Of a stretch of 64,000 nt of DNA, positions 1 through 12,630 are shown piece by piece; positions within the stretch are counted from its first letter, which is position 1; every line of letters begins with the position of its first letter. Both the position numbers and the translations under genes were made by a program. The stretch spans positions 32,681,028 to 32,745,027 of the forward strand of contig NC_087064.1 in the NCBI RefSeq assembly GCF_963678635.1, written 5' to 3'. Under the pieces are notes generated by a model. The model was not told where the DNA came from. It searched no databases and worked only from the letters and a program-made list of their open reading frames with translations. The stretch comes from Symsagittifera roscoffensis (Eukaryota).

Positions 1-429
1 TTGAGATCATCCTCTTGATTTTTGTTGGGAGGGAACCAGTGACTTTGTTGACACATCATTCCGATGATTATATCTGTGCTTTTTGCTATTCAACCATGAT
101 GATTTCGTTGTTTTCATCTAAAAACAAGTCAGTTTCATCGCCGAAGCGATCTTCCAGTGTTGGACGGATGAGCCTGGACTCGCTCGTAAGTGTGGTGATC
201 AGGTCTATGTGGACGGTAACTGCCAACAAGAAACTGCTTTGATGACATCTCATTGAGAGGCTTATTTCAAGCTTTTCTGTTTCGTCATGCAGACTATTGG
301 AGACTATTCCAGTTTGTGTTACTAATGGCTGGCGTCCAAATTAGTGCTCTGTGGTTAAGTACACTGCGCGCGATGGTCATGTAAGTAGCACTCAGTGTTT
401 ATTTTGAGCAACCCCAATTGGAACCAGAT

Positions 430-1150
430 AGCGTTTTAATGATGTTATTGCGTTTTTGAAGTGTCCCTCATGTGTTAGTGATGTGTTGTAAGAAATTGAG
501 CATGCTTTCAAATGTGACCCCTAATGTTTTTGGCTTGGACTTCAGGGGGTTAGTTTGACCACTTATTGATAGCTGTGGGTCAAAACTCACCTCTTCGCTC
601 CAAGTCGAAAAGATTGTTGACGATGATTCATCTGCGGAAGGTTAAGTTCTCTTGAGGCAAGCCATTCTTGTAGAGTGCTGATGTAGATTATCAATAGCAT
701 GGGCGAGAGTACTCCGCCTTGAGGCACACCTTGTTTGACTTTACGCTGTTTTTATTTGGAGTTCCGGAACTCCACAAAAGTCAACCGCCCTTGTAGATAA
801 GCTGATTTTCATCTCTTGGTAATGATCGAGATGCTGCCTCTAAAATGTCTTCTAGAAGCGTTGTATGGTCGGCCATGTCGAAATCCGCAATTAAATCTAA
901 CGCTACAAAGAGAGTGCTGTCACAAGATTTTTTGTTTGTTCAGCCCTGCTCGGATGTTATCGTAGATGCAATTCAGAACAGTTATGGTTGATTTGCCACT
1001 TTTGAAGCCAGGTTGATAGTTTTTTAAGAGAACTCGTTTAAAATCATAAGGCATTGTGCGTTCGGCCAGTTTGGCTCCCGGGGACGGAAAGGCGATTGAA
1101 CGATAGCTTTTAGGTTCCTGAGCCAGTTTGTTGGGTTTTAGAATTATTTT
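430..1150 (-). mobile_element. LINE (non-LTR retrotransposon) reverse-transcriptase fragment, frameshifted
   Basis: Minus-strand translation of ~680-760 gives ...FVEFRNS.KQRKVKQGVPQGGVLSPMLLIIYIS, which is RT motif B (GVPQG..LSP). Stops and frameshifts surround it. Confidence 0.5.
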
Positions 1151-3599
1151 TCCATTTTTCTATATTTATGGAATAGTACAGCTGCTAATTGAGAGGTTAC
1201 TAGCCTTGATTAAGTAGTTTAGTCCTAGTGGCCCGAGATGGTGGGGCTAATTTATCTGGTTCAAGAGCTTTGCTTTGATGTTTTGATTGCAAATTGAACC
1301 TCCATTGTTGATGAATTTGTTTAATTTAATGGCAGGTTTTTTAAATTTTTCTCACAATACTACGTTTAATTGCACCAAAAACATTATTACTTATTGCACC
1401 AGATATATCAGCTGCTTTTGGTACTTAAATTCTTGAACAAACTCTGACAAGTTTTTTAGAATCAAAGAGGCTGCTGTAGAATTATTTATGCCATAAATTA
1501 GCGAAAGAAATCAATATATCACTTTCTCAATAGTTGCAACTGAGTTGCACCTTAACTTTTTGTTAATAGTTGCTACACAAATAAATATTTGCTACTCCAA
1601 CAGTAACGTAAATAATAGTTGCTACTCAAAACAACTGTTTCCTGTGAACTGAACTTCCGCAAGGATCTCTGCTAGGGTCGCTGAATTTTTTCGCCATGAC
1701 TTCATTGCTTGAAGTTGTCTTGAAAACAAGTTCTGCGTACGTAAGTAACGCAAACAATTGTTTTTTTTTACGTTTCTGTGAATAAATCTGAAAGTACGGC
1801 AGTTGTTCAGTAAGGCCTAGATCAAGTTGTAAATTGGTTCAAAAATGCAGGGTTTGTTTTAAAAATGGAGAAGAATAGAACTTATTCCTTGCGTGTAAAT
1901 AGCCGATAAAATGCCAAAAAGGTTTACCTAACTTCACCCTACAAGACGTTTTAAGTTTTTTTTGGAGATTTTAGGAGTTTCTCTTGCTGATAATGTGCTA
2001 ATGGCCGATGAAATAAAACGTTTATGCGAGAGTTTTTACCACCTTTTGCTGAAATTGTATTCCGTTTCCATTTGATTTTTCCTCAGCTCTGATATTGAGA
2101 CATGCTAGCCAGATCTAGTTCTTTCAAGACCGGATTACTGTTATTGTTTGTACACTCTCGTCAAAAAACATGACTCAGAAATACAACGGTCAACGTTCAC
2201 AAAGCAGTGCATGACGATTCGTCTACCAGATGACAATTTCAAGCAGCATCAATTTCGTACGCGATTTACATTGGCTACCTGTTGAGCAAAAGATTTCTTT
2301 AAAAAAGTGTAAAAAGTGTATCTAACGCGTAGTTTTTTTTGCTCCTGTTAAAATATTATCTAATTTAGCTCATAGACTGAAAAGCAGCAAATCAAATTTC
2401 AATCAAATTGTTCTGACAAAAGCAACAACTGCGTATGAAAGTTAAAAAAGCAAACACAGATATATTTTTGAAGGCTGTATCTCTGGAATGAACTGCCAGT
2501 GAAATTAAAAACAGAAAATCTTACAAAAAATTCGAAGCTAGTCTCTAAACACGGCTGTTCAGAGTGTAGGTATACGCTGGCTCAGAGCTATTGTTTCTCA
2601 GTTATAGAAGGCATTTATAAACAAAAGTGTTATCTCATTTTTTTAAACAAAGCTTTGCAATGTCATGAGCAATGTAATCCTAGAAGGATGATAAATCTTA
2701 AAGTTTTGCCTGTTTGATATAAGCATGAAAAGACGAAATTGTGTCTTTGGAGAGTCTCTGGTTAACTGCGTTGTCCTTGTAAAAACGCTTTCTATCAGTT
2801 GCACAGGTGGAACAGATAAAACTCTAGGTTCAAATAAGGTGTTCAAAGAGTTTGTTAATTTTGGAGTTCAGAAACTTGTTATCATGGGTGGCACAATCTG
2901 AATGACAGAAGAGGAAATAGGTCAATATCAGAGGCATTCATTGCTGAATACATGGAATATGTCGTTTCAGAGACATGAAATTCAGAGATGGGTCCGTCGA
3001 TGTAGCTATAGTATCCTTAATTGGCGTAAGAGGTTGCTAACGAAAAATTCGTCGAAAAGCCGGTGATATCGACTACGTGCAGCAGCATATGGCATTCCAT
3101 ATGCAAAGACGAAAATTTTTGGTTCAGAAAGGATAAATATATTCCATGATAGGCTTCACCCCCACCGGTTTCTATACTTATTTTTTTTGGGTTTCTTACT
3201 TATTATATGGGTTTTTCTTTCTGTTGGTTCTTACATGGCTTCCTCAATGGAAGCAGACATGAGCTTCTTTTAGAGGATTGTAAATTAAAGCCTCAGTCTG
3301 GTGCGCCTTGCTTTAGTTATCGATGCTCTTTTATGAATGGTCGCATGAGATCTCCCAATTTTCATCTATTAAAGGAGTATGCGATCCACGATTCATAAGC
3401 AAATCATTGCGATCCAGGACTCATATTGATTTTGAATGGACAGAAAAATTTATTCCACAAACGAAAGCAGTTGCCAAATACGAATGAATTCCAGAATTGG
3501 TGCATGAACAACAAGATAATGTTGATGATGCTTAACTTCCTGTATTATTTCGAGGTTATGCACGAATAATTTTTCAGTCTCAAGTAAAGATCTATCCAC

Positions 3600-5050
3600 C
3601 ATAGAATTTACTGGTTGTCTAAAGAATAGACAATGTCGTTTCAAAATACTCACGAATCAAATTTGAGCATAATATTTCATAGGGGTCTACAAGCTTCCCC
3701 TATTGTCAAAACATATTCTTCTCATTTGTTTAAATATTTTTTAATGGAAAGAGAAAATTGTTTTCATTTTTATCCGTTGTCTATTTTGTTGTCTGTTTTT
3801 TAATCAGGGTTGTACTGGGATATTGCGTGAATATCAAGTGCTTTTCTCCAGTAAGTTCTGACAGTAGAAGTTAAGCCAGTTGTTACTGTTTGTGCTGTCG
3901 GTGAACTGTTAGAGATCCGTTATTTTTCAAATGAATTCAGCTGTTACATTGGCCCTGTTCGCTTCCTTTGAGGTACCGATCCCCTGGTTTTGATTTGAAT
4001 GTGGGTCAGTTATGTTTAGTTTGGAATAATACTGAAACTGAAAAGATTGTATTAACGTCGTAAGTAGACAGCCTGAGAAGTCATTTCGCAGTATTGATTT
4101 TCATCAATGCATAGCATAGAAAAGTTTGGAATAGTTTTGGAGTGGATTTTATATGTCTAATTCTGTCTCGTGGAATTTCAATTTTGCTCGTAACGAATTT
4201 CTTTTCTTTCTCGTTGCTCTATTTTCGTGCGGTGGAGTTGTAGAGTACAACCTTAATCTTCTTGACCAGATTTTCCTCCGGTATTTCTTGACAGTGTTCT
4301 AGATGGTTGTGTTGGGTTATAATTTGTTGGCAAAAGTACAAATACAATCGAGATCTATCTCTGTTATTGAGTAACAACCTTTTATTAGGCAAATTTTGTT
4401 ATGACACCCGTTGCTCTAGTAGTACGCGATTTGGGATCTTCTTTCAATCTTTGCCCTTGCAGTTTTTAATCTGTCATCGCCGAATTTACGTACAATGAGG
4501 GATGTTGTTGATAGCCGTCTTGGTTTACCAGCCCATTTTTTTGAAGAAAATGTTTATTACTTTTTTCTTATGGTCTTCCCACTTAGCATAGTTTACATTG
4601 TCAAATAGGTGGTGGCCGTATGAGGCGGATGGCACGATGATACAGTTAAACGATGTAGTCGCAGTGGTTAAGTTTATTCTTCTTACGTCGACTATTGTGT
4701 CTAGTGTTTTTGTAGCGATTATGGCTTCTGTCTCAAGTGACCTAGATGGCTCAGGTTTGGGATTGGACTTACGTATTACCCCAAGATGATTATTTGTGTT
4801 TACGAACTCAATTAATGTTGCCGTCGTACTCACAGTAGTCAGACTTTTTGATGCGTCCGCCTCTGTAGAACTTCATAGTTTTGGTTTTACCTGGGTGCAC
4901 AGGAGGAGAGTTTGCTATGCAGTAGTGTTTCACTTTTTGTAGGGTTACGCTTATGATCTTAATGTCTCTGGTACCTATGGCTAGGTTGTCGGCTTAAAAA
5001 ATGGTTTAGGCTCCGTAGTTTGTGAGCATGCAGTCTAGATCAGCTTTAAA
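3600..5050 (-). mobile_element. Degenerate LINE fragment, copy A of a local duplication (RT-like ORF 4525-4833)
   Basis: About 85% nucleotide identity to 5200-6900. ORF 4525..4833(-) is homologous to the C-terminal half of ORF 6191..6799(-). Confidence 0.5.
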
Positions 5051-5199
5051 TAGTGAGAATAGTAGGGGTAAAAGTTTATGCCCTTGCGCAAGTCCGATGT
5101 TTTTTGTTATTTGTTCTTGCGGGAAATCCTCTGTTTAATTCGATCGTGTTCGAAATTATCATTTTGTATAGTTTTTCAAAGAATTTAGTGGAAATTCCT

Positions 5200-6900
5200 A
5201 GGTTAGCTATTTTTTAGATCTATCTACCATAGACTTTGCTGGTTGTCCAAATAGAAGACAATTTAATTTCAAAGTACTCACGGATCAAGTTTGCGCATAA
5301 AATTACATAAGGTTCTACAAGCTTCCCCAATAATAAGAACATATACTTCTCATTTACTTAAAACTTTAATGAAAAGAGTAAATTGTTTTCATTTTTATCA
5401 GTTCGTGTTATACTGGGACATTGCGTAAATATCAAGTGCTTTTCTCCAGTTAGGTCTGACAGTAGAAGTTAAGCCAGTGTTACTGTTTGTGGTGTTGATG
5501 GATCGTTAGAGATCCCTTATTTTTTAAATGAATTCAGCTGTTACATTGACCCGTTATTTTTTAAACGAATTCAGCTGTTACATTGACCCTGTACGCTTCC
5601 ATTTGAGGCACCGATCCCTGGTTTTGATTTGAATGTGGGTCCAGTTGTGTTTATTCTGGAATATTTCTGAAACTGAAAAGATTGAGATAGTGTTAAGTAG
5701 ACAGCTTGAGAAATAGTTTCACAGTATTAATATCCATCAATGTATAGCATAGAAAAGTACAGAAAAGTTAGGAATAGTTTGGGAGTGGATTTTCTGTCTA
5801 ATTCTGTCTCATGGAATTTCATTTTTTGCTCGTAACATTTTTCTCATCTTTTTCGTTGCTATTTTGGGGAGGTGGAGTTCGTAGAGTACAACCTTAATCT
5901 TCTTCATCAGATTTTCCTCCGGTATTTTTGACAGTGTTTTAGATGGTTGTGTTGGGTTATAATTTGTTGACAAAATTACATAAAAAATCGAGACGCTATC
6001 TGTTATTGAGTAACAACCTTTTATAAAGCAAATTTTGTTATGACACCCGTTGCTCTAGTAGTACGCGATTTGGGATCTTCTTTTAATCCTTGCCCTTGCA
6101 ATTTTTAAACTGTCATCGCCGAATTTATGTACAATGAGGGATGTTGTTAATAGCCGTCTTGGTTTACCAGCCCATTTTTTGTAGAACATTTTATTTACCT
6201 TTTTTCTTATGGTGTTCCCACTTATCATAGTTAATTTCGTCAAATATGTGATGGCCGTATGAGGCGGATGGTACGATGATACTGTTAAACGATGTAGTCG
6301 CAGTGGTTAAGTTTATTTTTGTCAGGTCAACTATTGTGTCTAGTATGTTTGTAGCTTTTATGGCTTTTGTTCTCAAGTGAGTTAGATGGCTCAGAGGTTT
6401 GAGATCGGACTGTAGTATTACCCCAAGATGATTGATTGTGTTTACGAACTCAATTTTGTTGCCGTCGTACTCACAGTAATCAGAGTTTTTGATGCGTCGG
6501 CCTCTGTAGAACTTGATTTCTTTGGTTTGACCTGGGTGCACTGGAAGAGAGTTAGCTATGCAGTAGTATTTCAGTTTTTCTAGGGTCGTGTTTATGATGT
6601 TGTTTTCTCTGGTACTTATGGCGAGGTTGTCGGCTTGAAAAATGGGTTCGGCTACGCAGTTTGTGAGCATGCAGTCTAGGTCTGCATTAAGTAGTGAGAA
6701 TTGTTGGGGCAAAAGTTTCTGCCCTTGCGCAAGTCCGATGTTTTGTGTCATAGGTTCTTGCAGGAAACCCTCTCTGTTCAATTCGATCGTGTTCGACATA
6801 GTTCTTCATATAATAATGCTTGCCGCCGTGAAAGTAGATATATTTTTCCTGAAGCCATGTTGGGGTTTTTGATAGGATCTGCAACGATTCTGACCATACA
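5200..6900 (-). mobile_element. Degenerate LINE fragment, copy B, with RT ORF 6191-6799
   Basis: The 202-aa minus-strand ORF contains RT motif-C-like IFQADNLAIS (a YADD-type motif) followed by LPVHPGQTKEIKF. This is typical of non-LTR RT. Confidence 0.55.
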
Positions 6901-7822
6901 GTAAGGCGTTGGTGTAATATATGGGAGAAAGTTTTTGATTTTGTTGGGAGGATCGCTATTCCTCTGTAGTTGTTTAGATCGGATTTGGTGCCTTTTTGTT
7001 GTACAACGGAGTTATATTTGCTTTTTTCCAGGATTTCGTTGATTTATGAATCTTGCATGTTTCTTTATCGAACCATGGTTTCGATATGCGTTTCTTTGGA
7101 GAATTTGCTCTTTTTATCGGAAGTTTGATCTACTGTGTGGTTAAATTGTCTTTTTTATTGAATTGATAATACTTTGTGTTCCAGAATCCAGTGCGGCGTG
7201 GTCGCATTTTGTTTTAGCATGCGAGACTTTTTTTCTCGATGGGTTACAGGCGTGGTTAATTTGAATGTTTGTGCTCAGTAAAATAGTTTTTTTATGATTT
7301 CTAGGTCTAGAGGGGTAATACTGAAGCACAGATTAATTGTGCTGTTACCTCGCATGCAGCTGCAAATAATTTTTTGTGGGTTGTTCATGTAATATATATC
7401 CTTTCGCTTCATTATCTCCAATAGCGCATGTGTTCTGGTAAATTGAATGTCCAGGTGATAGTTGGTCTCCGGCAAAAAGTATTTCGTTGACTACTGATGA
7501 GTGCTTGAGGGCTGTTGAAATTTCTCATAATATATCCTCTATTTCACTCTTGGTGGCATTATTGTTAGTTTAGTTGGGTCAAGGGATATGCTTATGATAC
7601 TCTTTTTTGTAGTTTATTAAGGCACGGTCCGCTAGACTTTGGCTTAATGCAATAGCGATTATCCCGATAGGGCGTCTTTTACACCATTTCTTGGCGGGTC
7701 AGTTTCTGCATATAAAGTTTGAAATCTCTAATTCTTGGAAGCTCATCGTTTCTGTTAGCAGAAGAATGTCATTTTCTTTAGTTCGTCTGTGAGTTTAGTA
7801 GCTAGTTTTGTTCCTTCGATGT

Positions 7823-8359
7823 TCAAAAAGAGGAGCGATAGGTTCTTGCGTTAGTCTTGTAGTCATGCTTGGTTTTTATATTTGTTGGAATGATTTTCCT
7901 TTTGCGGATGAAGTGATTCATTTCCGGTTTCTTATTTAGTTTTTCTTTTAGCGCAGTTCTCAGCTGAAATTTTTCTTGCTGTTGCTGTTTGTTAAGGTCT
8001 GGGTTGATGAAAAGCTTCCGATTTGCTCGTGTTCGCATTTTTCTGGTGTTTTTCAGGATTTTCAATTTGTGTTTTGTGGCTTTAAACGTGATTCGGATCA
8101 GTTTTTTGTTCTCTCTGCCACCGAAGGCTTTCATTGATTCATTTGGCTCCTCTTTGAAGTTTGTGTCTAAAGTCATGCAGATCTGGACGACATCGGATTT
8201 AGCCTGGTCACTAATTGAGATGCCCGAGATCACGATGTTCTTTTCACGTTCCCTCTTGCAATTTTTCTTCAAGATTGATACCTTTGAAAATATTTGAATA
8301 TAGCAGTTTGTTCGATTCTTCATTGCTGGGAATTCTTCGATACGCTGATTTGTTTTCAT
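7823..8359 (-). mobile_element. LINE ORF1-like (Transposase_22-type) fragment
   Basis: The 178-aa ORF includes LIRITFKATKHKLKILKNTRKM...RKLFINPDLNKQQQQEKFQLRTALKEKL, which resembles the conserved C-terminal domain of L1/CR1-family ORF1 proteins. It has the same orientation as the RT fragments downstream. Confidence 0.35.
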
Positions 8360-9374
8360 ATTAACCTCTTCAATGCTGACCTTCTGTTTTTTTCCTCATT
8401 GGATGATTTGACTATCAGTTTGGTGACCTGTTCTTTGAGCTTTTTGAGCGTTTGTAAGATCCCAACTCAACTGAGTGTCGACTCTAAGCAAAAACAGCAC
8501 ATGGAGGTCTTTTTCTGGCTGCTGTAGGTTATCCGGTATCCACACTGATGGCCAGATTCCGCATTTGCTAAGCATTCTTGGTAGTGATGTTCTCATTTAT
8601 TCGGTTGGTTCGTAGTTTCCTTTTTCCGGGGAATTGGATTTGTGCTCGATGAGGTTGTTTGACTCATTGTTTATAAATAGTCTTGAAGTCTTAATTTTCC
8701 TCATTGTCTTGAAGTCTTAAGTTCATAAGGCTGAAAGTATCTAGTCTCTAAGGAAAGAGCTTGGATCATTTTGAAAGTTAAGAGGTAGTATAATTGAAAA
8801 ACGTTTTTGTTTTGACAAATTTAATTGAAAAAAGCACTGGTTTTTCCTTCAGTCATACAACTGAGTTTTGACCTTAAGTAAGAAAATTGTTTATAGTTTT
8901 TCAAGTGACTACAATTTTTTTATGGCAGAACTTAGATGATTCCCAGTTTCCAAATGTTTATACCAAAACTTTTATCCGTATTACTTTCACGCTGGTTGAA
9001 ATTTTATCTGAATTAAATTATTTTAGTGAGATTTTTATTCGAATTCACCGGAAGTTTAGTTGATAACAAAAACGTAAGGTGAACCGAAGGTTTTCATAAT
9101 AAAAATACTTAAAATTCAAATGGATTATTTTGCCCTCCTGTTGAATTTGTGACTACTTCCAATTTCAAAACTTATCTAACTCAGGTTGGCGAAAACCATC
9201 GTGAATCACTATGATAATGACCTGTAGTCTTGTTTATGATCCGTTCGTAGTGTTTGGATGTATGTTTTGTCTGAGTTCAATATGCGCTGCCAGTTTCATT
9301 TTAGCTGAATTAATCATTCAATTTGCGTCAATTTGTTTTGAATCATCGCTAAGTTCACGTCGCTATCTTTCAGA

Positions 9375-9500
9375 ATGATATTTGATGGTCTGCAGTTTGC
9401 ATTTGAGTTTTCGACCAAAGATACGTTCGGCTTTAAGAACGAAGTCAAAACCCTCGTCAAGGACAATGGAGGGATTGTGTCCTACATTGTCAGCAAGCAG
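9375..9500 (+). CDS. PARP4: PARP4 (vault PARP)-like exon 1, BRCT N-terminus; start codon at 9375
   Basis: MIFDGLQFAFEFSTKDTFGFKNEVKTLVKDNGGIVSYIVSKQ aligns with human PARP4 MVMGIFANCIFCLKVKYLP..KKLQTDIKENGGKFSFSL. Donor CAG|GTACTG at 9501. An acceptor-like CTTTCAG sits immediately 5' of the ATG. Confidence 0.8.
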
Positions 9501-9619
9501 GTACTGTGCTAAAAATAATTTAGACAATCTAGAATTTATTAAGACAATTAAGAATTTCATAATTTGCTCAATACGAAAGGAATTTTTACGCATCTTCTTG
9601 AATTTTTGAGATTATTTAG

Positions 9620-9815
9620 GTGTTCGCTTTGTTGATCTCTGACCCTTCTTTGTCGAAGAACTCCAAGTGCAAGAAAGCACTTCATTCAGGCTTCAGGGTA
9701 CTAGATATCTCCTTTGTGAAGAAATGCATTGAGAGTGGCTGTGTCCTGGATCCAGGTCCCTTCAGTCTTGCCCTGTTGCGTTCCAAAGAGAGTTTCCAGG
9801 CTGGAGTTATCGAAG
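9620..9815 (+). CDS. PARP4: PARP4-like exon 2, BRCT C-terminus
   Basis: Acceptor TTATTTAG|G. VFALLISDPSLSKNSKCKKALHSGFRVLDISFVKKCIESGCVLDPGPFSL matches the human BRCT continuation (THIILDNADVLSQ...HIANPDFIWKSIREKRLLDVKNYDP). Donor GAAG|GTTGGT, phase 1. Confidence 0.75.
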
Positions 9816-10774
9816 GTTGGTTAGATGACATCTTTTAGACCTTTGATGCGATAGTTTCATGTCGCATGTTTCATAGTTTCTTTTTTTTTTAAATGTGTAC
9901 TCGATAAAACTTAGCTGGAAAACATTATTTTTGTGTCTCTATCAAATTTTACCGAGCTTTTTATGGTAATGATAATCTTTACTTCCTCTTTGAAGGAGTT
10001 TTAGCTAAAAGGATTTACCCAAGGTTCCTGATTAGTAGTTCTAGGAAAAGTTTACCGGGTAGGATAGAATGTGCTTGGGTACTTTAGAATGGGTATTTGG
10101 CACTCATCACTTTAGAGTTATGTGGGTAATTTGGTATTATGTAGATTGGTATATTGTTGATTTCTATATAGGGTATAATGGTATAGGGTAGAAGGAGGGC
10201 TTAGAATAGATTGAAGCCGGGTAGACTGTCCTGCCGTCATAATTATGTAAGAATTATTAGAGATGGGCCCTGCACGCATTTTTGAAAATACCGGATACAG
10301 GACAATTACTTTTGCGAAGCGAGTGTATTAGTACGAACCTTCTTTTTTTCTAACCTAAGTCGCAAACATTGGTGCCAATTTTAAGGCACCTTTACTGCTT
10401 TTTGATAGCATGTGCTTTGACATTCAAATAATAATAAGTTAACACAGTTGATGCATTTTTAATTCATCAAATTAACCGAAAAAAAGTGATTTGTTTCAAA
10501 CAACATAACAGTAATGAAAACTCGATTTCAGAAATTTTTTAACTCAATATATCTCGCAATTTTTTTAAATACATAATTTGTACATAATGTGGCTTTGTGC
10601 TTTGCGATTTGTTACATGCAAAGTTAGTGTGGATGTCTTGAGCTTGTTATATTTCAAATTATTACTTGAAAATTGAGTCTGTTTGTATTTGGTGCCACTT
10701 TGCTGAATGGCATTGGCAATTTATTAGCATATGTAGCTGCTTTATTCGTGACTAGTATTTGTCGGTTGTTAAGC

Positions 10775-10975
10775 TTGCGTGGCTGAGTGGATAGTGCGTG
10801 AAACTCAAAATCTCTTGATTGCATTAGGGCGCAAATTCGAATCCTACACGTAGCCGAGCTTTTGCTAATTCGAGGCTTATTTCTTCTTTTTCTGATTTCA
10901 CACGATAGAGCTGCTTTTTGGTCGTTTTCTCGCAATCGTTTGTGAAGCGCAGCTTCGCTTCTGTGTAAAACTTAC
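10775..10975 (+). mobile_element. tRNA-derived SINE copy (tRNA-like head, body, conserved hairpin tail)
   Basis: Head GTGGCTGAGTGGATAGTGCG...GCAAATTCGAATCC has A-box and B-box-like motifs. The tail is ...TTGTGAAGCGCAGCTTCGCTTCTGTGTAAAAC. It shares body and tail with the copy at 59580-59765. Confidence 0.6.
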
Positions 10976-11552
10976 CAGATGCACCGGATAATAACCGGAT
11001 ACCGGATAGATGCCAAATCGATGAAATAATTGATCGAATTCGATGTACATGAATGCAACAAGTTGATATTGCGTATGATCATGATGTAATTTGTTTTGAT
11101 ACACATTTTCCCACATAGTCAAAGAGCTGATGCTTTTGCTGGTAATTTTACAACTGGTATTTTTACTTGATAGTCGTCTAAATTTTGATTGAGTCATCTT
11201 ATACTCTAATTTTGATTTCAGCGTTTTTTTTTTCGAATTTTTTTTCGAAAAAAAAAAACGCGGTCAGTATCTGGTAATTATCCGGTGCAATTTTACCATA
11301 TATCCGTGCCGGAATCAGACAGTTGCCGGATAAACGGATATCAATTCCAGATACCACTATTCTGGTACAGTTCGAGCAATTATACAGCAAGTTACTAAAA
11401 GCGTGCATATTGCACCTAAAATGGCGCAACCTTTGTCTAGTTTATATCGGCTCATTTTCGTGTTTCCATATATACTGCAGCTGATTTGTTTAAATTCAAG
11501 AAAAAATCGCTCGCTGTTCTTCAATTTACAAAATATCTGTTTTTTTTTTTAG

Positions 11553-11623
11553 TTTGTTCTCCGGACGTCGGACCTGTTGAGACGGAAAAAGAAGAAAGTG
11601 TGTGTTTGAAAAACTTGCGGTTG
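11553..11623 (+). CDS. PARP4: PARP4-like exon 3 (short linker exon, putative)
   Basis: Poly-T tract then AG acceptor at 11551-52. The phase-1 entry restores the frame (..VIE-V-CSPDVGPVETEKEESVCLKNLRL). Donor TTG|GTGTAC is phase 0 and matches exon 4. There is no homology support. Confidence 0.4.
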
Positions 11624-12030
11624 GTGTACATGCTAATATACCATGTAATTGAAAATGGTTCGAGTTTAATCGTTTGTGAGGTGTTAGTTATGATGTTGTT
11701 TAGGTCGTACAAACTGAAACTCGATGATTTAGACCCTCACACGTACGAGTACTTGAAAGGTGTAGTTCTAATGGTAAGCTACATGAGTTATAAATATACA
11801 AAACGAAGCAAAAAAGTCGCCCATAAACTTACTACGCATCAATTTATGTCTCTGCTTTGAGAAATTTGGCGCTTCAATTGCAGAAGCAAATTGCGATTAC
11901 CAATGAAAATAGCTGAGCTAGAAAACAACAATTTTTTAAAATGTGATTTTGGCTTCAAAAAACTGAGGTTGTTTGGAAGGTTTTGAATTATATTAAGAGA
12001 AAAAAAATCGAAGATTCATAACGCTTTTAG

Positions 12031-12357
12031 AATGACGACAAACAAATTGCTTCGGTAGAAATTGACAAAATCAATGCCGTTTTTCATCTCTCGGATGGTT
12101 CCACGATCGACACCCCATTTGCGGTTATGAAAATCGAATCCATGATAGTTGATTCGATCGAGTTCTCAAAATGCATAATGGATGCTGAAATTTTTCCGTT
12201 TGAAAGTGGTCGGAAAGCTGTGGGATGTTACGCCGAGCTAATTCGGGTCTTTGAAGAGGACAAAGACATGAAGTCTTATTTCGGATGCAAAGAGTTGAAC
12301 GATACAACGAGTGTATCGACTGTTGCGCAACTAGTGGGATCACAGAAGTTCAGACAG
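12031..12357 (+). CDS. PARP4: PARP4-like exon 4 (BRCT-to-helical linker), GC-AG donor candidate
   Basis: Acceptor TTTTAG|AAT. A 109-codon stop-free frame runs NDDKQIASVEIDKINAVFHLSDGS...VAQLVGSQKFRQ. It ends at CAG|GCAAGT, a canonical GC-donor context. Cumulative length puts the next exon at residue ~241, matching the human PARP4 helical domain start at 242. Confidence 0.5.
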
Positions 12358-12630
12358 GCAAGTTTTCATGTATCAGCTGAATTTTCAAATTGTATTCAGT
12401 GTGTTTGCTTCCCGAACATGTATGTATCTCAAAGAAACTCGCCCGTCTATTCAAAAAACCATTTCTAGTACTTTCCTTTTATGAGGCTTTTAGAGCTCCG
12501 TTTTGCCAAATGTTTAAAAGATGTTCATGCTCACTTTTTTTTGTTATTACAGTCGATGAACGTAGTTCAGACTCTTTTATAGGCCGTGATGATTTTTTTT
12601 GAAAACGCTCCAATATTTTAGAGAAGTTTA

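Noticed and set aside
15-242. Plus ORF with HSDDYICAF resembling an RT YADD box
   Set aside because: It is on the opposite strand to the clear RT motif-B fragment in the same region. Too short and isolated to call.
10775-10860. tRNA-like sequence (GTGGCTGAGTGGATAG...TTCGAATCC); similar at 59583-59660
   Set aside because: No complementary 7-bp acceptor stem or proper anticodon arm. These are SINE heads, not functional tRNA genes.
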